Of a DNA stretch of 64,000 bases, positions 57,881-64,000 are shown piece after piece. The stretch is from an uncultured Candidatus Actinomarina sp. (GTDB lineage: Bacteria; Actinomycetota; Acidimicrobiia; Actinomarinales; Actinomarinaceae): NCBI GenBank assembly GCA_902626065.1, contig CACODT010000004.1:16720-80719 (forward strand), written 5' to 3'. The position numbers and the translations under genes were made by a program. Within the stretch, counting starts at the first letter, position 1. Every line of letters begins with the position of its first letter. The notes beneath the pieces were generated by a model, which ran no database searches, was not told the origin of the DNA, and worked only from the letters and a program-made list of their open reading frames with translations.

Positions 57881-59980
57881 TTGATTGTGGTTGATAGAAG
57901 TTTAAATTATTTATCTGAAATATCAATTTCTGAATTGAAGGGCTTTGGCGATAAAAGGATTAAATCTCTTCATAAGCAAGATATAAATTCTATAACTGAT
58001 TTAATCAGACTCTTTCCTAAAAAACATTATGATAGATCACAAATTTTAAAATTATCTGATGTTAAACCAAATACAGAAAAAGAAATCACAATATTTGGAA
58101 AAATAACAAATGTATCTGTATTCACTACTCGAACAAGACTAAAAATTACAACATTAACTATTGAAGATAGTTCGGGTCTTGCAAGAGCTAAATGGTTTGG
58201 TCCTCAGTATATTGAAAGTAGATATAAGAAAGATGACATGGTTGCAATTGCTGGATTGCCTGAAGTGAAGAAAAATGGAACTGTAGAATTTAAAAATCCC
58301 GTAATCGAATCATTTTCATCTGACCAAGACCTATCAGAAACAGGCTCATTCATTTCTTTTTATCCAAAAATTGAAGGAGTACCTAATAAAGTACTTAGAA
58401 ATGGTATTAAGCAAGCACTAAATAGAATCGAAGAGTTGAAAGATATTCTTTCAAAAGAGCAAAGACAGAGATATTCACTCTATTCAAGGCTTGACAGCTA
58501 TCAAAAGATTCATTTTCCAAACAATTTTCAAGAATATAAAGATGCGAAAAAAAGACTTGCATTTGATGAATTTTTATATCTCCAAAGTCTTTTTGGACAC
58601 TCAAAAGAGATTTATAAAACAAACCAAAGATCACATGAAATACAAATTAAAAAGTCACTTTTGGAAAATTTTGAAGACAAGATACCCTTTACCCTGACAA
58701 ATGCTCAAAAAAAATCAATTAATGAAATATATAGTGATTTAAGTAAAAAAACGCCGATGAAGAGACTTCTCCAGGGAGATGTAGGTTCTGGTAAAACAAT
58801 AGTTGCTGCTGCTGGCGTGCACGCAACAATAGATAGTGGAAAACAGGTAGCATTAATGGCTCCTACTGAAGTATTGGCAGAACAACATATGAATTCTTTC
58901 AAAAAATATTTAGAGTTTTTGAATGTAGAGATGCATATCTTGACCTCTTCAGTAAAAGATAGAAGTAATGTATTGGAAGTAATTGAAAGTGGAAGTCCAG
59001 CATTGATTATAGGTACACACGCATTAATTCAAAATAATGTGAATTTTAAAAATCTTGGACTAACAATAATTGATGAACAGCAAAGGTTTGGTGTTGAACA
59101 GAGGAAAAAACTTACTTTAGGTAGTGATTTAACTCCTCATCAGCTTGTTATGACTGCAACTCCAATTCCGAGGACAACAGCACTAGCAATTTATGGAGAT
59201 TTAGAACTCTCTATAATTGATGAACTACCTCCCGGTAGAAAAAAAATCGAATCAAAAGTTATATCTGGCGGAAAACGTGACAATGTAGAAGTATTTAAAA
59301 TTGCAAGGAAACACTTAGAAGAAAAATCACAAATTTTTGTAGTATGTCCCTACATTGAAGAAAGTGAAAATAGTGATATAAAAGCTGCTGAAAAAGTTTA
59401 TGAATTATATAAATCAGAATTTGATGATTACAACGTTGAATTACTCCATGGAAAAATGAAATCAGAAGAAAAAGAAAACAAAATGATAGATATGAAAAAC
59501 GGCGAGATAGACATAATGGTCTCCACTGTTGTTATTGAAGTAGGCATTGATATTACTAATGCAACTTTGATGATTATTGAAAGTGCTGAAAGATTTGGTT
59601 TAAATCAACTACATCAATTACGGGGACGAGTTGGAAGAGGTCAGAAGCAATCAGAGTGTATATTTCATATAACTGAAGGAAAAAGTTTTTCAAAAATTAC
59701 AAATGATGGACAAGCAAGGCTTAAAGCAATCGAACAGCATGATGATGGCTTCAAACTATCAGAATTAGATTTACAAATCAGGGGAGAGGGTAAGGTAACA
59801 GGAACAACGCAATCTGGATTATCAGATCTAAAAATTGCAAATTTAAGAACTGACTATGAAATATTAGAAGACTCAAAAGAATTATTTACAAGCATAAATG
59901 ATAAAAATTTAAAGTTAAATCTATTTAATGAAGCAAAAGTAATATTTCCTAACTTTGGAAAAATTGAAGAAACTAAATGA
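57881..59980 (+). CDS. recG: ATP-dependent DNA helicase RecG
   Basis: RLAFDE, LLQGDVGSGKT, MAPTEVLAEQH, IDEQQRFG, MTATPIPRT, AERFGLNQLHQLRGRVGRG. Confidence 0.96.
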   Translation: MIVVDRSLNYLSEISISELKGFGDKRIKSLHKQDINSITDLIRLFPKKHYDRSQILKLSDVKPNTEKEITIFGKITNVSVFTTRTRLKITTLTIEDSSGLARAKWFGPQYIESRYKKDDMVAIAGLPEVKKNGTVEFKNPVIESFSSDQDLSETGSFISFYPKIEGVPNKVLRNGIKQALNRIEELKDILSKEQRQRYSLYSRLDSYQKIHFPNNFQEYKDAKKRLAFDEFLYLQSLFGHSKEIYKTNQRSHEIQIKKSLLENFEDKIPFTLTNAQKKSINEIYSDLSKKTPMKRLLQGDVGSGKTIVAAAGVHATIDSGKQVALMAPTEVLAEQHMNSFKKYLEFLNVEMHILTSSVKDRSNVLEVIESGSPALIIGTHALIQNNVNFKNLGLTIIDEQQRFGVEQRKKLTLGSDLTPHQLVMTATPIPRTTALAIYGDLELSIIDELPPGRKKIESKVISGGKRDNVEVFKIARKHLEEKSQIFVVCPYIEESENSDIKAAEKVYELYKSEFDDYNVELLHGKMKSEEKENKMIDMKNGEIDIMVSTVVIEVGIDITNATLMIIESAERFGLNQLHQLRGRVGRGQKQSECIFHITEGKSFSKITNDGQARLKAIEQHDDGFKLSELDLQIRGEGKVTGTTQSGLSDLKIANLRTDYEILEDSKELFTSINDKNLKLNLFNEAKVIFPNFGKIEETK

Positions 59981-60510
59981 GAATAATTGCAGGAAAATAT
60001 AAAGGTTCAAGAATACAAACAATAAATGAATCTTCCACAAGACCAATGATGAGTAAGGCAAGAGAAGGGATTTTCAATTCATTACAAAATAGTTTCGAAG
60101 GGTCATTAGTTCTTGATTTATTTGCAGGATCAGGCTCTTTAGGTATCGAGTCTTTAAGTAGAAACGCTAGCTTTGTGACGTTTGTAGATTCTTCAATCGA
60201 ATGTAAAAAAGTAATAATGAAAAATTTATCAAATTTAGATAATAATTACACATTTCTTCTTTTAAAAGTATCAGAATACATTCAGCAATCTAACCAACAA
60301 TTTAATATTATTTTTTACGATCCTCCTTTTTCATTATCAACTAATGAAGTAAATAATGATTTAAATAGTATTAAGAATTTAATGAAAACATCTTCAAAAT
60401 TAGTAATTCACAGACATAAAAGTTCAGACCAATTTGTTTATCCAGACGGACTAGAATTATATAGGAAAAAAAAATATGGTCAAAGTAATATAACAATATT
60501 AGAAAAATGA
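59977..60510 (+). CDS. rsmD: 16S rRNA m2G966 methyltransferase
   Basis: MRIIAGKYKG, TRPM, LDLFAGSGSLGIE, DPPF, KYGQS. Confidence 0.9.
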   Translation: MRIIAGKYKGSRIQTINESSTRPMMSKAREGIFNSLQNSFEGSLVLDLFAGSGSLGIESLSRNASFVTFVDSSIECKKVIMKNLSNLDNNYTFLLLKVSEYIQQSNQQFNIIFYDPPFSLSTNEVNNDLNSIKNLMKTSSKLVIHRHKSSDQFVYPDGLELYRKKKYGQSNITILEK

Positions 60511-60971
60511 AAGTATTAATACCAGGTTCATTTGATCCACCTACAAATGGTCATATTGATGTAATTCAAAGGGCATCTAAAGTATTCGAGGAAGTAATTG
60601 TTGGAGTAGTTGTAAATCCTCAAAAAAAATCAATGTTTGATGTTTCTGAAAGAGAAGGGATGCTGACTGAGATTCTTAAAGATTTTGTGAATATAGAAAT
60701 AAGAAGTTTTGAGGGATTACTAGTTGATTTTGCAAAGGAATCAAAAGTAGATGCAATTGCAAAAGGGTTGAGAGCTATGACAGATTTTGATTATGAATTT
60801 CAAATGGCTCAAATGAATTTTAATTTAGCTGATTTTGAAACAATATTTATACCTGCTTCTCCAGAATATGGATATGTATCAAGTTCTATGGTTAAAGAGA
60901 TATTTTCATATGGTGGAGATGTAAATGCTTTGGTCCCATTAATAGTCGTAGAAAGACTGAAAAATGTCTAA
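60507..60971 (+). CDS. coaD: Phosphopantetheine adenylyltransferase
   Basis: PGSFDPPTNGH, KGLR, DFDYEFQMA, VSSSMVKE. Confidence 0.96.
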   Translation: MKVLIPGSFDPPTNGHIDVIQRASKVFEEVIVGVVVNPQKKSMFDVSEREGMLTEILKDFVNIEIRSFEGLLVDFAKESKVDAIAKGLRAMTDFDYEFQMAQMNFNLADFETIFIPASPEYGYVSSSMVKEIFSYGGDVNALVPLIVVERLKNV

Positions 60972-61476
60972 AAGTGAAATATCAATAGAGGATGTTTTGA
61001 GTGGTCAAATTAAAATGGAATATGTTGATCAACTAGAGCTTCTTAAAGAAAATCTATCATCAAATTCCTTTTTAAATAATAAAACAAATAAGAAAGAAAT
61101 TATCAAACTTGTTGATAATTTAATTGATTTAATGCCAGTTGAGTTAAGAACGGCAAGGTTTATAGTTAGAGAGCAAGAGCTTTATTTGAAAAAAGCGAAA
61201 GATGAAGCTGAGGAAATACTGTCTAAAGCAGATCAAGAGTCCTCTCGATTAATCTCGGAGTCTTTTGTTTTACAAGAGGCAGTAGTTGAAGCTAATGCAC
61301 TTGTTAAACAAGCCGAGCAAGAAGCAATCTTAAATAGAGCAAGTGTTGAAGATAAACTTGATAATAAATTGAAAGATATCCAATCAAAGATTGATGAGTT
61401 AAGCCAAATTATTGAACGTGAGAAATCTAATTTAAGGCAACCAAGAAAAATTATTGATCCAGAAGAGAATGGATAA
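60964..61476 (+). CDS. Coiled-coil protein, SepIVA/DivIVA-like by synteny
   Basis: MPVELRTARFIVRE..., long helical repeats; sits between coaD and DUF177 as in actinobacteria. Confidence 0.65.
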   Translation: MSKSEISIEDVLSGQIKMEYVDQLELLKENLSSNSFLNNKTNKKEIIKLVDNLIDLMPVELRTARFIVREQELYLKKAKDEAEEILSKADQESSRLISESFVLQEAVVEANALVKQAEQEAILNRASVEDKLDNKLKDIQSKIDELSQIIEREKSNLRQPRKIIDPEENG

Positions 61477-61969
61477 ACTTCAAACAGAATTTGATATCAC
61501 TTCTTTATTGAATGTGGACAATGAGGTAGATTATGAAGTCAATGGATATTTGGATGTTAAATATGCAGGTAATAAAACTTTAAAAAACCATCCTTCAAAA
61601 TTAAAAATATGTATAAAAAGTTATCATGAAAAAATTTGGATAAACCTTACTTTAGATTTTAAATTTGAATCAGCATGTTCAAGATGTCTCTCTGAAAATA
61701 TGTTAACAAAACAAAATAATTTTGAGATAGGTTTTTATAAGGATGATGAAAATGACTACGATATAGACCTTAATACTGAAATAATTGATGTCACACCCTT
61801 AATTTCCGAAGTCATCTTAAATGAAATGAAATTACAGTATTTATGTAAGTTGGAATGCAAAGGTTTGTGCTCTGATTGCGGAAAAAATCAAAATATAAAA
61901 GTCTGCAAACATCCTAAAAAAAATTTAAAAGAAAGTCCATTTTCTTCTCTAACTGAGCTAGATTTGTAA
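61454..61969 (+). CDS. YceD/DUF177 family protein
   Basis: CSRCL, LCKLECKGLCSDCG, SPFSSL; upstream of rpmF. Confidence 0.88.
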   Translation: MIQKRMDKLQTEFDITSLLNVDNEVDYEVNGYLDVKYAGNKTLKNHPSKLKICIKSYHEKIWINLTLDFKFESACSRCLSENMLTKQNNFEIGFYKDDENDYDIDLNTEIIDVTPLISEVILNEMKLQYLCKLECKGLCSDCGKNQNIKVCKHPKKNLKESPFSSLTELDL

Positions 61970-61986
61970 GTTGAAAGGAATTTTGT

Positions 61987-62169
61987 ATGGCAGTACCTAA
62001 AAAGAAAATGTCAAAATCTAGAACTAAAAGGCGTAAAGCCCAACATAAAGTTTCAAGACCACATTTTATAATTGATCCAGAAACAGGAGTAGCAAAACAG
62101 TCGCACAGAGTAAATCCTGTAGATGGTACATATAATGGTCGTCAAGTAAAAGACCCAGAATCAAATTAG
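61987..62169 (+). CDS. rpmF: 50S ribosomal protein L32 (cysteine-free)
   Basis: MAVPKKKMSKSR, GTYNGRQV. Confidence 0.95.
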   Translation: MAVPKKKMSKSRTKRRKAQHKVSRPHFIIDPETGVAKQSHRVNPVDGTYNGRQVKDPESN

Positions 62170-62175
62170 TTAATT

Positions 62176-63147
62176 ATGAGTACTATTGCTGTTGATGCAA
62201 TGGGTGGGGACTCCGCACCTGAGGAAGTCGTAAAAGGTGCTATTCTTGCTAAAAATCAAGGTGTTGATGTTATCTTATCTGGAGATGAAAATCTTATTTC
62301 AACTTATTTAGGTAGTGAACAGATACCAATTGTTAATTATCCACAGGTAATATCAATGGATGATGATCCAGCAAAAGCAATCAGAACAAATAAAAATTCC
62401 TCGATTTTAGGTGCTTTAAATCTATTAAAAGAAAAAAAAGCAGATGCAGTATTCTCTGCAGGTTCAACTGGGGCAAGTCTTATAGGAGCTATATCAGTAC
62501 TTGGAAAAATCAAAGGTGTAACAAGACCAACTATTGCTACTGTATTACCTGCTCAAGATAGAGAAGTAATACTTGTTGATTCAGGAGCGAATTTAGAAGT
62601 TAAACCCAAAATTTTATATCAATTTGCAGTAATGGGCTCAAAATTATCTGAATTACTATTCGAAATTGATAATCCAAGAATTGGTCTGGTAAATAATGGA
62701 GAAGAAAGTTCTAAAGGTAGAGAATTAGAAAAGTCAACGTATAAATTACTAAATTCATCCGAGTTAAATTTTATAGGAAATGTAGAAGGTAAAGATTTTG
62801 CAAATTCAAAAGTTGATGTATTTGTTACTGATGGTTTCACTGGAAATGTTGTACTAAAAACAATGGAAGGTGTAGCTAGGTTACAAATGAATATGATATC
62901 GGACTCATTAAAAGAAAATTTATTAAAACCTCTGTTAACACCTGTGAAGAATGCTATGTCACCAGTAAGAGATGCACTAAATCCAAACTCTACTAATGGT
63001 TCATATTTGCTTGGAGTAAATGGATTAGTAATAATTGGCCATGGCTCGTCCAATGCTGAGGCTATAAAAAATGCTTTACTATTTACAAAAAGGGCGATAG
63101 ATAAAAAATTTATTAATAAATTTTCTAAAGTATCAAATGAACTATGA
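62176..63147 (+). CDS. plsX: Phosphate acyltransferase PlsX
   Basis: IAVDAMGGD, SAGSTGA, RP, DSGAN, NGEESSKG, GNVEG, TDGFTGN, GHGSS. Confidence 0.95.
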   Translation: MSTIAVDAMGGDSAPEEVVKGAILAKNQGVDVILSGDENLISTYLGSEQIPIVNYPQVISMDDDPAKAIRTNKNSSILGALNLLKEKKADAVFSAGSTGASLIGAISVLGKIKGVTRPTIATVLPAQDREVILVDSGANLEVKPKILYQFAVMGSKLSELLFEIDNPRIGLVNNGEESSKGRELEKSTYKLLNSSELNFIGNVEGKDFANSKVDVFVTDGFTGNVVLKTMEGVARLQMNMISDSLKENLLKPLLTPVKNAMSPVRDALNPNSTNGSYLLGVNGLVIIGHGSSNAEAIKNALLFTKRAIDKKFINKFSKVSNEL

Positions 63148-63824
63148 GTACAAAAGATTTAAATAACTTTGAAAAAAATATAGGCTATTTTTTCAAGGAT
63201 CAAGACCACTTAAAAATTGCCTTAACACATAAATCCTACATTGATGAAAATCCAAAATTTTTAACTAATCAAAGATATGAATTTATAGGAGATACGATTC
63301 TTGACTTTGATATATCAATTTTCTTATTTAATAGTTATCCAAATCTTGATGAAGGTAGTCTTACAAAGATAAGATCTGGTGCAGTTGACCAGAATGCACT
63401 TGTTGATATTGCTAACAAAATTGAGATTGGTGATTATCTCTTTTTGAGTAAAGCCGAAGATAGCACTGGAGGAAGAAAAAAAAGTTCAATACTTGAAGAT
63501 GCTGTTGAGGCATTAATTGCTGCAATTTATTTTGATGGAGGCCTTGAAGAAGTAAATAAGTTTGTTTCTAAATTTATTTATCCTTTAATTGATAATTTAT
63601 CAAAAAATCCAGGTCAAAAAGACTATAAAACACGCTTACAGGAATATTTTGCTAAAAACGGTCAAAAAGTAAATTATGAGTCTAAATCAACAGGTCCAGA
63701 TCATAATAAAGAATTTCAAGCTAGTGTTTTTCTTGAAAATAAAGTTATAGGAAAAGGTAAAGGAAAATCAAAGAAAAATGCCGAACAAATGGCTGCAAAG
63801 AATGCATTTTCTGATTTAGACTAA
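63144..63824 (+). CDS. rnc: Ribonuclease III
   Basis: ALTHKSY, NQRYEFIGD, EDAVEALIAAIYFDGG, dsRBD DYKTRLQE. Confidence 0.95.
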   Translation: MSTKDLNNFEKNIGYFFKDQDHLKIALTHKSYIDENPKFLTNQRYEFIGDTILDFDISIFLFNSYPNLDEGSLTKIRSGAVDQNALVDIANKIEIGDYLFLSKAEDSTGGRKKSSILEDAVEALIAAIYFDGGLEEVNKFVSKFIYPLIDNLSKNPGQKDYKTRLQEYFAKNGQKVNYESKSTGPDHNKEFQASVFLENKVIGKGKGKSKKNAEQMAAKNAFSDLD

Positions 63825-63894
63825 TAAAACTTTTTTAATTTAAGCAAAAGTATAAATTTTTAGTATCCTTATAAGTAACAACAGGGTTAAATAT

Positions 63895-64000
63895 ATGCAC
63901 TTAAAATCAGTAGTTGCGAGTGGGTTTAAGTCATTTGCTGAAAAAACTACTATAAACTTATCTGAATACACAAATGTAATTGTGGGTCCAAATGGTTCTG
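63895..64000 (+). CDS. smc: Chromosome segregation protein SMC, 5' fragment
   Basis: My translation: MHLKSVVASGFKSFAEKTTINLSEYTNVIVGPNGS (GFKSF plus start of the P-loop); follows rnc. Confidence 0.9.
   Translation, partial: MHLKSVVASGFKSFAEKTTINLSEYTNVIVGPNGS

Noticed and set aside
727-63053. Many short antisense or alternate-frame ORFs in the track (e.g. 727-1014, 5267-5494, 26637-27128, 33489-33845, 62619-63053)
   Set aside because: They lie inside well-supported genes and have no recognisable motifs; these are shadow ORFs.

Overview
AT-rich, very compact bacterial chromosome segment. Most genes are translationally coupled and most convergent gene pairs overlap. The F420 genes (cofC, PPOX, DDN), ino1, the rpmB-recG-rsmD-coaD-sepIVA-like-DUF177-rpmF-plsX-rnc-smc block and a photolyase suggest a streamlined, sunlit-water actinobacterium of the Acidimicrobiia/Ca. 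Actinomarina type; this is an inference, with no database check. Content is mostly housekeeping: iscS-mnmA-ligA, dapDE-gatCAB, ilvE, gltX with three tRNAs (Glu-UUC, Gln-CUG, Glu-CUC), pyk, folD, ychF, a K+ transport locus, malQ plus a GH13 amylase, a large acyl-CoA/beta-oxidation region, gdh, ino1, gabT and a murF-ddl cassette. No rRNA, CRISPR array, integrase, transposase or phage structural gene was seen. Best leads: (1) a phage-like three-gene unit without a prophage (an unannotated 38-aa Cys/His-rich ORF, a 187-aa unknown, and a Rad52/Sak-like annealase), about 1.3 kb from a Cas4/RecB-like 4-Cys nuclease; (2) an inverted-topology photolyase with an apparent [4Fe-4S] ligand set in an rpmB operon; (3) loss of Zn ligands in L28, L32 and GluRS; (4) a ychF that resembles the gammaproteobacterial protein; (5) a split ACAD10/11 (lva-like) kinase plus dehydrogenase module; (6) an RCK-USP fusion / CPA2 / DUF368 operon. 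All family calls come from motif recognition by eye.
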